64,000 bases of DNA, from the NCBI GenBank assembly GCA_965248055.1, contig CBDFIJ010000004.1, positions 2,368,001-2,432,000 of the forward strand. Direction: 5' to 3'. The position numbers and the translations under genes were made by a program. The notes under the pieces are model-generated. The model was given only the letters and a program-made list of their open reading frames with translations, was not told the origin of the DNA and did not search any database. This DNA comes from Candidatus Multivoradales bacterium (GTDB lineage: Bacteria > Acidobacteriota > Thermoanaerobaculia > Multivoradales > JAHEKO01). Each line of letters begins with the position of its first letter. The stretch's first letter is position 1. Below are positions 8,127-17,344 of the stretch, one piece after another.

Positions 8127-10265
8127 TTGTTAGAGCCCATAACCCTGCCAACTCTCACGACCCATTGTCCCCTCGATTGCCCGGACACCTGCGCCTTAGA
8201 CATCGAGGTCAGTGACGGACAAGTCACCAAAGTCGGCCCTGCGGAGGGGAACCCAGTTACACAAGGGTACATCTGCTCCAAAGTAGCTGGCTTCGACGGG
8301 CGGCAGAATCATACGCAGCGGATTCTGCATCCAGCTAAGAGGATCGGCGCTAAGAGTTCGAAGGAGGGGGGCTCGGGCGGGTTCGAGCGGATTTCTTGGG
8401 ATGAGGCTCTGGATGAAATCAGCGACCGATTCAAACGATTGATCGCAGAAAAGGGTGGAGAGTCGATTCTACCGCTGCATTACGGTGGCTCGAACGGCAT
8501 CATCACCGAAGATTTCTTGGATGAGTTGTTCTTCGCCCGGCTGGGAGCTTCGCGGCTGGACAAGAACATCTGTGCGGTGCCAGCGACGCTGATCGCCACC
8601 GGGATGTACGGCAAGATGCCGGGAGTGGCGTTTGAGGATTATGTACACGCCAAGCTGATCGTGATCTGGGGTGCCAATCCCAAGCGTTCGAATATTCACT
8701 TGGTGCCGTATTTGCGAGAGGCGCGCAAGCGCGGAGCCAAGGTGGTGGTGATCGACCCTCGCCGCAATTTCTCGCACCAGGAGATCGATCTGCACTTTCC
8801 GGTTCTACCGGGCCAAGACTTGCCGTTGGCGTTGGCTTTGATCGGTCACTGGAATGAGCGGGGCTTGTTGAACCAAGAGTTTCTCGATCAGCACGCCGAT
8901 GGTTTGGAGCCGCTGCTGGCTGCCGCCGCAAATTGGTCCTTGGAGAAGGCTGCTGAAGTTTCAGGCGTGGAACTAGAGACGATTCAGACCTTTGCCGATC
9001 TTTACGCCGAAGCCGAGCCCGCGGTGACCCGCTGCGGCTGGGGGGTGGAGCGCAATCGCAATGGCGCGCGGGCGATCGCCGCGATCTTGGCGATGCCAGC
9101 CTTGATGGGGAAGTTCGGGGTGCGGGGCGGTGGCTACACCATGTCGAACAACGGCGCGATGCGCTTCGATTTCTCGCAGGTTTTTGGCTCGCTGGATTGG
9201 ACCACGCGGGAGATCAATATGACCCGTCTGGCGCACGAGCTGGAGACCCGGTCGGACCCGCGCATTGAGGCGATGCTGGTCTATAACGCCAACCCTGCGG
9301 TGACCGTTCCTCATCAGGCGCAACTCCTGGAGCAACTGCAACGAGAAGATCTGTTCACCGTGGTCCACGATCAGGTGTGGACCGACACCGCGATGTTGGC
9401 GGACATCGTTCTTCCAGCGACTACATTTCTAGAGCATCATGATCTGCGGGTTGGCTATGGCGCCTACCACGTGGGTGAGGTACGTCCGGTGGTGGAAGCG
9501 GTGGGTGAGGCGCGGTCGAATGTTTGGCTGTTCGGTCAATTGGGCCAGCGGATGGGTTTCTCCGACCCGGCTTTTGGCTGGAGCGAAGAGGAACTTGCTC
9601 AGCGAGCAAGACAAGCGTTGGCACCGATCGACGCCGCTACGGAAGTGGCGGTTGGCAACGGCGCAGTGCCTAACCGAGCAGTGCCCAGCGGCACAGTACC
9701 CAGCGGCTCAGTGCCCAACGAAACAGTGCCCGAGGCTGATATCCAGAGCCGCAAAGCCAGAGCGTGGGCGGTTCGCTTCGAGGGCAAAAATCAAGAGACC
9801 GATAATCCGATTCCTTTCGTCAACTCGATGCCCCTGACTGCGGACGGCAAGGTGCATCTGACCCCAGAGGTACTGGGAGAGCAACCGTTTCACTGGCAAG
9901 CGCCAAAGGCTGATTTCCCCTTGGCCCTGATCACCCCAGCCGGTGGCAAGCGCATCAACTCGACGCTGGGAGAGTTAGTGGAGCAGCCATTGACCGTGAC
10001 TCTGAACCCAAAAGACGCAGCGGATCGGTCTATCTCCAGTGGTGATCGAGTTGAGGTGTTCAATCAATTGGCGCGCATCCGGTGCCGCGCCGAAATATCC
10101 GAACAGATACGGCCCAATGTGGTGTCGATGCCCAAGGGTGTGTGGCGCAAGAACTCAGAGGACGGGCTCACCCCCACCGCGCTATGTCCAGACCATGTGC
10201 AGGATGTCGGTGATGCTGCTTGTTTCAACGATGCCAGGGTCGAGATCCGGGCTGCAAGGCGGTAA
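8127..10265 (+). CDS. Cytoplasmic molybdopterin (bis-MGD) oxidoreductase
   Basis: CPLDCPDTC..C Fe-S motif, ISWDEALD, WGANP, TAMLADIVLPATTFLE, C-terminal MGD-binding domain; no Tat signal. Start codon uncertain. Confidence 0.88.
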   Translation: MLEPITLPTLTTHCPLDCPDTCALDIEVSDGQVTKVGPAEGNPVTQGYICSKVAGFDGRQNHTQRILHPAKRIGAKSSKEGGSGGFERISWDEALDEISDRFKRLIAEKGGESILPLHYGGSNGIITEDFLDELFFARLGASRLDKNICAVPATLIATGMYGKMPGVAFEDYVHAKLIVIWGANPKRSNIHLVPYLREARKRGAKVVVIDPRRNFSHQEIDLHFPVLPGQDLPLALALIGHWNERGLLNQEFLDQHADGLEPLLAAAANWSLEKAAEVSGVELETIQTFADLYAEAEPAVTRCGWGVERNRNGARAIAAILAMPALMGKFGVRGGGYTMSNNGAMRFDFSQVFGSLDWTTREINMTRLAHELETRSDPRIEAMLVYNANPAVTVPHQAQLLEQLQREDLFTVVHDQVWTDTAMLADIVLPATTFLEHHDLRVGYGAYHVGEVRPVVEAVGEARSNVWLFGQLGQRMGFSDPAFGWSEEELAQRARQALAPIDAATEVAVGNGAVPNRAVPSGTVPSGSVPNETVPEADIQSRKARAWAVRFEGKNQETDNPIPFVNSMPLTADGKVHLTPEVLGEQPFHWQAPKADFPLALITPAGGKRINSTLGELVEQPLTVTLNPKDAADRSISSGDRVEVFNQLARIRCRAEISEQIRPNVVSMPKGVWRKNSEDGLTPTALCPDHVQDVGDAACFNDARVEIRAARR
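9662..9736 (+). repeat. In-frame 15-bp minisatellite (CAGTRCC core x5)
   Basis: CAGTGCC/CAGTACC at 9664, 9679, 9694, 9709 and 9724; encodes AVPNR AVPSG TVPSG SVPNE TVPEA. Confidence 0.85.
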
Positions 10266-10273
10266 AATGGCTT

Positions 10274-10531
10274 GTGACCAAGACAGGCAAAGAGACTGAT
10301 CAGAAAACGCAAGAGCTAGCGGATTTGTATCGACGCCGAGCGGCCAACTGGGACCGCTTTGAAGAGTGGCAGCGGTCAAACCCCAATGATTTAACTCCCC
10401 AAGTGGCATTGGCTGGGGTCGGTTTTCTCTTCGACCTCTTGCCCCTAGAAAGCCGTACGAGACCGGTTGACACGGCAGGGATTCAGAGCATGCGGGAAGC
10501 GATATCGGTTCTGGGTCGCTCGGCCCCGTGA
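10274..10531 (+). CDS. Small hypothetical protein, possible antitoxin partner of the downstream nucleotidyltransferase
   Basis: In-frame GTG at 10274; stop overlaps the next start (GTGA 10528-10531). Confidence 0.55.
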   Translation: MTKTGKETDQKTQELADLYRRRAANWDRFEEWQRSNPNDLTPQVALAGVGFLFDLLPLESRTRPVDTAGIQSMREAISVLGRSAP

Positions 10532-11100
10532 GTGGGCAAGAGCGTACGCTCGCTCAGTTAGCGCTACGATTTGCCGACGCCCAACTGCCGTACATGGTGA
10601 TTGGTGGCCATGCGAATGCCGTATGGGGTGAACCACGGGCCACTTTGGATATCGATGTCTTGATTTGGCAGCCCAAACCAAAAGCAGAAGAGGTTCTAAA
10701 GCACCTGAAACCCCAGTTCAGCTCCCGGGTCAGGAATCCTCAGCCCTTTGTCGAGGAAACCCGAGTGCTACCAGTGGTGTCTGAAGACGGCCTAGCGGTT
10801 GATGTAATTTTCGGTCAACTACCTTTCGAGGAGCAGGCTATCGACCGTGCGTCAACGGTGGTTGTAGGTGGTGTTTCGATTCGCTTCGCGACCGCGGAAG
10901 ATCTCATTTTGTTGAAGATCATATCCACCCGAGAGAGGGATTTAGAAGATATTCGTGGTGTCGCGAGAAGTCAGAAGGGCAAACTGGATCTTGTCTATTT
11001 GGAACCTCGAGTGGAGGAGCTAGCGGTGCTACTGGATCGGCCCGAGATTCGGGAGTTCTGGGCATCGGTGCGTGATGCCGAGATGCTATCCGAGTCCTAG
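10528..11100 (+). CDS. Nucleotidyltransferase (pol-beta superfamily, DUF6036/AbiEii-like)
   Basis: YMVIGGHANAVWGEPRATLDIDV and AEDLILLK...RERDLEDI motifs. Confidence 0.8.
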   Translation: MSGQERTLAQLALRFADAQLPYMVIGGHANAVWGEPRATLDIDVLIWQPKPKAEEVLKHLKPQFSSRVRNPQPFVEETRVLPVVSEDGLAVDVIFGQLPFEEQAIDRASTVVVGGVSIRFATAEDLILLKIISTRERDLEDIRGVARSQKGKLDLVYLEPRVEELAVLLDRPEIREFWASVRDAEMLSES

Positions 11101-11154
11101 TTCGCCTGCCAACGCAACCCCCGCCCCTCGGTTTCCAGCTCCCAACGATCGATC
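11097..11154 (-). pseudogene. Degenerate remnant of the ubiX 3' end
   Basis: Translates IDRWELETEGRGLRWQAN*, versus MDRLGLETEGRGLRWHQ* at 12333-12390. Confidence 0.8.
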
Positions 11155-11159
11155 GTCCC

Positions 11160-11228
11160 TACCGCTGTGCCTGGACCATGTGCAGGATGTTGGCGTTGGT
11201 GCCTGTTTTGAAGAAACTGGGGTGCAGG
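11160..11228 (+). pseudogene. Degenerate remnant of the molybdopterin oxidoreductase 3' end
   Basis: PLCLDHVQDVGVGACFEETGVQ versus ALCPDHVQDVGDAACFNDARVE (about 10180-10245); shared exact 17-mer GACCATGTGCAGGATGT. Confidence 0.8.
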
Positions 11229-11325
11229 GGACGGCATCCACCATCGAGCAATTCTGTTAGGTATCCCCGAAGAAAACGAGCGGCCCGTGGACCGCTCGCT
11301 CAAAAGGTCAACTTGATTGTTGAGA

Positions 11326-12237
11326 CTAGTTGTTCGGCCAGGACCCCCAATTGGAGCAGTGACCACCGCGGTCGGTGCCAGTCAGCGACTGCTGCACACC
11401 CGAGTAGGCAGCGTTCATGACCGCACGTGGTGAGAAATGGATCTTGCCGTTGGCGTCAGTGCGAGAAATCTTGCCGAAGTGACCCTGCGACAGAGCGTGA
11501 CCGTTTTCATGGAGAGCTACAGTTTCCACGTCGATATTGCCATCGATTGCCCAAAAGAAGTTGTCGTTGTAATACACCTCGCGAAGCGCGGCATCCGCGA
11601 CTCCGTTGTTGTCGATGTCAGTACTTGAGTTGTCGGGGTTGATGAACCGAAAGGTAAAGGTTACTCCGATAATCGAGTTGCTGGCACCGGGGCCCCCAAT
11701 TGCATCAAAAAAACCGGCAGCCAGCCAGCCAGCTTGGGTGATGTCAGCGAAGACGAAAGGAGAACCAGATGCTCCTCCAGAAACGATGTTCTGAACCACA
11801 CCAAAATCGAACGCAAAGTCGCCAAAACCGATCAATGGAATATTGGAGCAACTCTCATCCTGCCAGGTCTGCATTGCTCGAGAAATTGCAGGGCTGGTAT
11901 CGGCCAGCACCAAGCCACTGGCGGTAGAGGCTTCACTCGCGTCGTTGATCCACGTGATACCGGTTCCCACGGTGTCGCCCCAAACCCGTCGCGGGTCACC
12001 GGGAACAAAATCAAAGGTTAACTGTTTATTGCCGCGGTTGTTGGCGAAAATGGTCTGACCCATCATGCCGCTATCGGCCGCCGTGAGGTATTCAGCGGAC
12101 ACCACGCGGTGACTTGCGCCCATCATTTCCAGGGCGACGTTCATATCATCGAGAGCGTTGGGCTGGGGATCCGCGTTCAGGGCTGGAACTCCCGTAATCA
12201 ACAGCGCCAGCGCGGCGATCTTGCAGATTCGTTTCAT
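11326..12237 (-). CDS. Secreted matrixin-like (M10 metzincin) metalloprotease
   Basis: Signal peptide MKRICKIAALALLITGVPALNA; HENGHALSQGH zinc motif, AVMN Met-turn; AAGGAG RBS. Confidence 0.8.
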   Translation of the reverse strand: MKRICKIAALALLITGVPALNADPQPNALDDMNVALEMMGASHRVVSAEYLTAADSGMMGQTIFANNRGNKQLTFDFVPGDPRRVWGDTVGTGITWINDASEASTASGLVLADTSPAISRAMQTWQDESCSNIPLIGFGDFAFDFGVVQNIVSGGASGSPFVFADITQAGWLAAGFFDAIGGPGASNSIIGVTFTFRFINPDNSSTDIDNNGVADAALREVYYNDNFFWAIDGNIDVETVALHENGHALSQGHFGKISRTDANGKIHFSPRAVMNAAYSGVQQSLTGTDRGGHCSNWGSWPNN

Positions 12238-12332
12238 TATATAAAACTCCTTTTGTGACCATTCATGGCACAACCAGATACAGATGTCCAGCAAGTGTAG
12301 CCCCTTCTGATTAGCAGAGCCTGTGACCAGCG

Positions 12333-13013
12333 TTACTGGTGCCAGCGTAGACCCCGACCCTCGGTCTCCAGCCCCAACCGATCCATCACCCGCATTGCAT
12401 AGTGGTCGAGGGGGGTCTGCATTTGGCCGCCCTTCTTGGAGGGGTCGCCGAGGTAGAAGGCCGGGATCGGCGGTTGGATCACCGCTCCAGCCAAAGCCAG
12501 CTTGCGCAGGTTGTCGGTTTGGATGGCTGAGATTGGGGTTTCGCGGTAGCCAAGAATCAAGGGCCAGCCTTCTTTGAGGGCGACGGCGCCGGCCCGATGG
12601 ATCAAGGTTTTTCCAGTTCCGGTTGCCAAGGTTCCGGCGGTGGCTGCGCTGCAGGGCAGAATGACGGTTCCCGACAGCCGGTAAGAGCCAGAGGCGATCG
12701 GAGCGTCGAGTTGGCTGTCTTTGTGGATGGTGACTTTGCTGGCGACCTAGTCGGCAGCGATCTGGTGGTGGAAGGTAGCCGCCTCAACCAAGGCGTTCGC
12801 ACCTCCAGAACCCCCGGAACCCCCGGAACCCCCGGAACCCTCGGAACCCTCGGAACCATTACCCAGCTCGTGTCCCATGGCCTGCGCCGCGGCGCTGGAG
12901 GTCACTAGATGCACCGGTTCGATGTCTGGATGATCCACCAACGCTGCGAGCAGGGTGCGCGGCAGGGCCATCCCTGAGGCACCGGAAACCAACAGGGCAA
13001 CCGAACCAGTCAT
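12333..13013 (-). pseudogene. ubiX: UbiX-family flavin prenyltransferase with one in-frame TAG (12747-12749)
   Basis: ORFs 12747-13016 and 12333-12629 are in the same frame. Read-through gives VSGASG...IAAD*VASKVTIHKDSQLDAPIASGSYRLSGTVILPCSAATAGTLATG...HRAGAVALKE...RETP...PPIPAFY, all UbiX motifs. Confidence 0.8.
12802..12857. repeat. 9-bp tandem repeat (CCCGGAACC / CTCGGAACC, about 6 units) inside ubiX
   Basis: Encodes a GSE GSE GSG GSG GSG GSG linker. Confidence 0.85.
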
Positions 13014-13018
13014 CAATC

Positions 13019-14476
13019 TTAATTGTCGGCTAAGTGAGCCAGCGTGCCACTGAGAAGACGCCAGAAGCGCTCCACTGAGGCGACATGAACCCGTTCAGCA
13101 GGCGAATGCGGATGCTCGATTTGCGGGCCAATGGAAATCATGTCCATGCCCGGCTGCATCTCGCCGATCAGGCCGCATTCCAATCCAGCGTGCACCGCGT
13201 AGACCTCTGGATCGACGCCCAGTTCGCTTTGGTGGACGCCCTGGACGATCTCCAGCATCTTGGAGCTCATGTCCGGCTGCCACCCGGGGTAGCCATCGTC
13301 CTCATGAACCCCAGCGCCGCCGAGTTCGCCTGTGGCGCGGATCTGGCGTCGGAGAGCGGTGAGAGCCGAGGCAACCGAACTGCGACTGGACATCTCAATG
13401 TGCAGCCCAGCATCCTTTTCTTTGACCGTGGCGAGATTGGTGCTGGTCTCGACCAAGTCTGGGATGTCATAGCTCATAGCAACCACGCCGTGTGGCAGGG
13501 AATTGAGCAGGTTGAGGACCTTCGCTGTGGTCTCTGCGTCCCAAGCTGTGGCGGCGGGCTCGGTCGCCTCCAGCGACAGCGTCATGCTGGGCTCGGCGGA
13601 CTTCGACTCGGCATCCGCTAGGGCATACTCTGCCGAGATCGCGTCTTGTAGCGCCTGCGCTTGGTCTGCGCTCACCACGATCGTGGCGCGGGCTTCGCGC
13701 GGGATGGCGTTGTGCGCGTTACCTCCCTTGAAGCTGACGATGCGCATTACGGTGGCGTCTGAGCCAGCGGTAAGAATACGAGCCAGAACCCGAACCGCGT
13801 TGCCCCGCTGTAAGTGGATATCGATTCCGGAATGGCCGCCGTGGAGGCCGCCAATACCAACGGTAAACGCCGCGGAATTTTCGGCCACGGTTTGGCGCGC
13901 CAGGGGAACCGACAAATGGGTGTCGGCGCCGCCGGCACAGCCGACACAGAGTTTGTTCTCATCTTCAGAGTCGAGGTTGATCAAGCGCCGAGCACTGAGC
14001 AGCGATGGGTCCAGTTGCGCCGCTCCGGTCAGTCCGGTCTCTTCGTCGATGGTAAAGAGCAGTTCCAGGGGAGGGTGGACTAGATCGTCGGCTTCCAATA
14101 CCGCGAGCATGGTGGCGACGCCGATACCGTTGTCTGAACCTAGGGTGGTGCCGGTGGCGGTCAGGTATTCGCCGTCCATCTGCGGCTGGATTGCGTCGCT
14201 GTCAAAATTAAAATCGACGTCCGAGTTCTTCTCTTGGACCATGTCCAAATGGGACTGCAGAATAACCACCGGAGCGTCTTCTTTGCCAACGGAGCCAGGC
14301 TTAGTGACGACTACGTTGCCAGCGCTGTCCACTTGGTGGGACATGCCGTTGCGTTCGGCGACTTCGATCACATAGGCGCGCGCTCGGCCTTCATCTTTGG
14401 AAGCCCGAGGGATGGTCAAAATCTGGTCGAAGTGGGCCCAAATGGACTTGGGTTCAAGATCGGAAACGAAGGTCAT
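13019..14476 (-). CDS. pepD: Aminoacyl-histidine dipeptidase (M20C)
   Basis: LQSHLDMV, TTLGSDNGIG, TIDEETGLTGA, NLDSE, GGHSGIDIH, HAGLECG, HSPAER; GGAGAG RBS. Confidence 0.93.
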   Translation of the reverse strand: MTFVSDLEPKSIWAHFDQILTIPRASKDEGRARAYVIEVAERNGMSHQVDSAGNVVVTKPGSVGKEDAPVVILQSHLDMVQEKNSDVDFNFDSDAIQPQMDGEYLTATGTTLGSDNGIGVATMLAVLEADDLVHPPLELLFTIDEETGLTGAAQLDPSLLSARRLINLDSEDENKLCVGCAGGADTHLSVPLARQTVAENSAAFTVGIGGLHGGHSGIDIHLQRGNAVRVLARILTAGSDATVMRIVSFKGGNAHNAIPREARATIVVSADQAQALQDAISAEYALADAESKSAEPSMTLSLEATEPAATAWDAETTAKVLNLLNSLPHGVVAMSYDIPDLVETSTNLATVKEKDAGLHIEMSSRSSVASALTALRRQIRATGELGGAGVHEDDGYPGWQPDMSSKMLEIVQGVHQSELGVDPEVYAVHAGLECGLIGEMQPGMDMISIGPQIEHPHSPAERVHVASVERFWRLLSGTLAHLADN

Positions 14477-14696
14477 GATGGGTTCTCTCCTGTTCAGCGT
14501 GCTTGCTTGAGGTGTTTGTCGGTGTCTGAATGCTGCAACAGTGACACCGCAAATCAAATTGTAACTGGGTAGAGCTGGAAGCGGAGTGGTAGTTTGCTTG
14601 GTGGGTGCTGTTTGACCCGGTTCTAGGCCGATAGCTACAATGCCGCAGGCCCTTGGGGCCTGTCCCGACAAACTTCATACGGCACCTGGAGGCTTC

Positions 14697-16694
14697 ATGT
14701 CCGAAAAACCGTTCAAACCTTTTATTCCTGCTTCGCAGGAAATGGCCGAGCTGACCGTCAAGGCGGTAGTGCTTGGAGCAATCATGGCGATTGTCCTGGG
14801 TGCCGCCAATGCCTACCTGGGCATGAAGGTGGGCTTGACCGTTGCCGCGACCTTCCCGGCGGCGGTGGTGGCGATGGCTGCGTTGCGGCCGTTCAAGGGC
14901 ACCATCTTGGAAGAGAACATCACTCGGACATCGGCGAGTGTTGGTGAAGCGCTGGTCGCTGGCGCAATCTTCACCATCCCAGCTTTTGTTATCAGTGGGG
15001 TTTGGGAAGAGATTCACATCTTCGAAAGCATGATGATCATGCTGGTCGGCGGTGTGCTCGGCGTATTGTTTGTCATCATGCTGCGCAAGACTTTGGTCGA
15101 AGAGGCAGGCCTACCGTTTCCTGAAAGCATGGCGGCGGCAGAGATTGTCAAAGCGGGACAGGGCGGACAAACCGGAGCCAAGTTCGTCTTTGGTTCGATG
15201 GGCTTGGCGGCACTGTGGGAGATCTTTACCAATCCCCGCGGGCTGACCCTGGTGCGGGATTCGGCGGCTAAGTTCTTTGAGTTCCCCAAGGCACAGATCG
15301 AGCTCCTGGGAGCCAAGCGCGATTTCGCTGGAGGTTTTCGCCTGGAATCTCCCGGAGCGCTACCAGCTCTGCTGGGAGTTGGTTTTATTGTTGGCTTCAA
15401 GGTCTCGGCAGTGCTCTTTGCTGGTGCTGTCTTGGGCCACTTATTTCTGGGTCCGCTGGCTTTGTTTCTGCAACCAAGCCTGACCGAAGCAGTAGCTTCG
15501 GGGTCGGCGAATTGGATGACCTTGGCGGGTGAGGTTTATAGCCAACAAGTGAAACCGTTGGCTGTGGGCACGATGATCGTGGCCGCTTTCTATACCCTTT
15601 ACTCCTTGCGTAAACAGTTGGCCTCAGGAATTGCTGCGGGTATCGCAGAAGTCCGCTCCGGTGGCGGCTCAGGGGCTCGCAATCGGCTGGAGATCGACAT
15701 AAGCCTCAAGCGAGTCGGGCTGGGAGTTATCGTTTCCTCGATCGCTCTGTTTTTCCTTTATCAGTACTTCACTAAGAGTGTCGGCGGATCGTTGGTGTTG
15801 ACCGTGGTGATGGTGATCCTCGGCTTCTTGTTCGCTGCGGTGGCTGGTTACTTGGTCGGTCTGATCGGCAGCTCGAATAACCCGATCTCAGGTCTTACGC
15901 TTTCGACTTTGATCATTGCCGCGTTGTTGATGTTGATGCTCAACGTAACTGGCGGCGCGGGCATTGCCGGTGTACTCGCGGTTTCGGGAGTGGTTTGCTG
16001 TGCTTGCGGGGTCTCGGGAGACATGATTCAAGACTTGAAAGTGGGACACGTACTGGGTGGCACACCGTGGAAGATGGAAGTCGGCGAGATCATCGCCGTG
16101 GTCCCTGCAGCCTTGGCCCTGCCGGCCGTTTTGCTGGCCCTAGACCAGACCTACAAGATCGGCTCCGAGCAGCTTTCAGCGCCGCAGGCGGGCTTGATGT
16201 CGCTGATGGCTACGGGAATCGTCAACCAGGAAATGCCGTGGTTATTGGTGGTCGCTGGAATGTTCTTGGCTGGCGGTCTGATCTTGATCAAGGCTCCGTC
16301 ACCGATGTTGATCGCGGTGGGCATGTACCTCCCGTTTGCTGCCACTGCTGGAATCTTCGTCGGTGGTCTGATGAAGGCGATGCTCGACAAGATGCTCGAT
16401 AAGGAGAATGCCACCGACGAAGATCGCCAGAAGGCAGAAAACACTGGGGTCCTAATCTCCAGTGGCTTGATTGCCGGTGGTGCACTCACCGCTGTGGTGA
16501 TCGCGTTTATGGTCCTTGGCTACAACCTGCTGGGAACGCCAGCTCCAGGTGCCGAGGGCGTGCCGACCTTTTTGGACAGCGCGCGCAACGCCCTTGGCGC
16601 AACACCGAATGCTTGGCTGGGCTTGATTTGTTTCGCAGGGGTTGCCTACATGTTGACCAAGGTGCCGATGAAGTCGATTCGCGGCGGTTCCTAG
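14697..16694 (+). CDS. OPT-family oligopeptide transporter
   Basis: ELTVKAVVLG, NAYLGMKVG, LPFPES, GSSNNPISG, QDLKVGH..GGTPWK, APQAGLM; many TM helices. Confidence 0.93.
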   Translation: MSEKPFKPFIPASQEMAELTVKAVVLGAIMAIVLGAANAYLGMKVGLTVAATFPAAVVAMAALRPFKGTILEENITRTSASVGEALVAGAIFTIPAFVISGVWEEIHIFESMMIMLVGGVLGVLFVIMLRKTLVEEAGLPFPESMAAAEIVKAGQGGQTGAKFVFGSMGLAALWEIFTNPRGLTLVRDSAAKFFEFPKAQIELLGAKRDFAGGFRLESPGALPALLGVGFIVGFKVSAVLFAGAVLGHLFLGPLALFLQPSLTEAVASGSANWMTLAGEVYSQQVKPLAVGTMIVAAFYTLYSLRKQLASGIAAGIAEVRSGGGSGARNRLEIDISLKRVGLGVIVSSIALFFLYQYFTKSVGGSLVLTVVMVILGFLFAAVAGYLVGLIGSSNNPISGLTLSTLIIAALLMLMLNVTGGAGIAGVLAVSGVVCCACGVSGDMIQDLKVGHVLGGTPWKMEVGEIIAVVPAALALPAVLLALDQTYKIGSEQLSAPQAGLMSLMATGIVNQEMPWLLVVAGMFLAGGLILIKAPSPMLIAVGMYLPFAATAGIFVGGLMKAMLDKMLDKENATDEDRQKAENTGVLISSGLIAGGALTAVVIAFMVLGYNLLGTPAPGAEGVPTFLDSARNALGATPNAWLGLICFAGVAYMLTKVPMKSIRGGS

Positions 16695-16728
16695 GCCTGA
16701 ACCCGGCATCTCCGGGCTCGGCCTCGAG

Positions 16729-17157
16729 ATGTCGGTTGCCTCAATGGCGACACAACAATCAGCACTGGATGGCGTCAATCTGCTGGACCTGACGCCAGTC
16801 CGGACTACCGAGTGGTCGGAGCAAGGGGGCTTTGTGGTGTTGCACCTGCCCGATCCACCGAGTTGGTGGCGAGCCCCAATGAAGTGGATATCCGCGTTCA
16901 TTACTTCCAAACGTCTGCGCCTGGACGAGGTCGGCAGCACCGCGTGGACCGAAATGGATGGCGAAAAAACCGTGGCAGAGGTCGCCGAGAAGCTACGGCT
17001 GGCGTTTGGCGAGCGGGTCGAACCGGCAGAAGAGCGCCTGGGAACGCTAATCAAGACCCTACGGCGTGAAGAATTGATCGACTATTTGGCTATCGACAAT
17101 GTGGTTTCTGAACCAGTGGCACCGACTCAGGAGACCGGGTATTCACAGCCCAGGTGA
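16729..17157 (+). CDS. PqqD/RRE-like domain protein
   Basis: LRLDEVGSTAWTEMDGEKTVAEVAEKL...L..LRREELI, the PqqD-type winged-helix pattern. Confidence 0.75.
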   Translation: MSVASMATQQSALDGVNLLDLTPVRTTEWSEQGGFVVLHLPDPPSWWRAPMKWISAFITSKRLRLDEVGSTAWTEMDGEKTVAEVAEKLRLAFGERVEPAEERLGTLIKTLRREELIDYLAIDNVVSEPVAPTQETGYSQPR

Positions 17158-17344
17158 TACAATCAACCACAGGGAAGAAAACAAACTCATCTTAAACCGC
17201 CCTCAAGGCTTCCCATCCTGTCGACCCAATTTCAAAAATCAAGACACAACCATGACGATCGGTTACGGCCGACGGTGATTTGCCGAATGAGCGCGAATCC
17301 ACTGCATAGGTCATGGACAATCAGAAAAAAAGGAAAACGAAGAA

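Noticed and set aside
12747-12749. Pyrrolysine or genome-wide TAG recoding
   Set aside because: TAG terminates many genes at expected positions (e.g. 1592, 33138) and no pyl genes are in the window.
17250-17316. Possible structured RNA upstream of the NYN gene (CCATGAC...GTCATGG enclosing a small hairpin)
   Set aside because: No match to any riboswitch I can recognise; the pairing could be chance.
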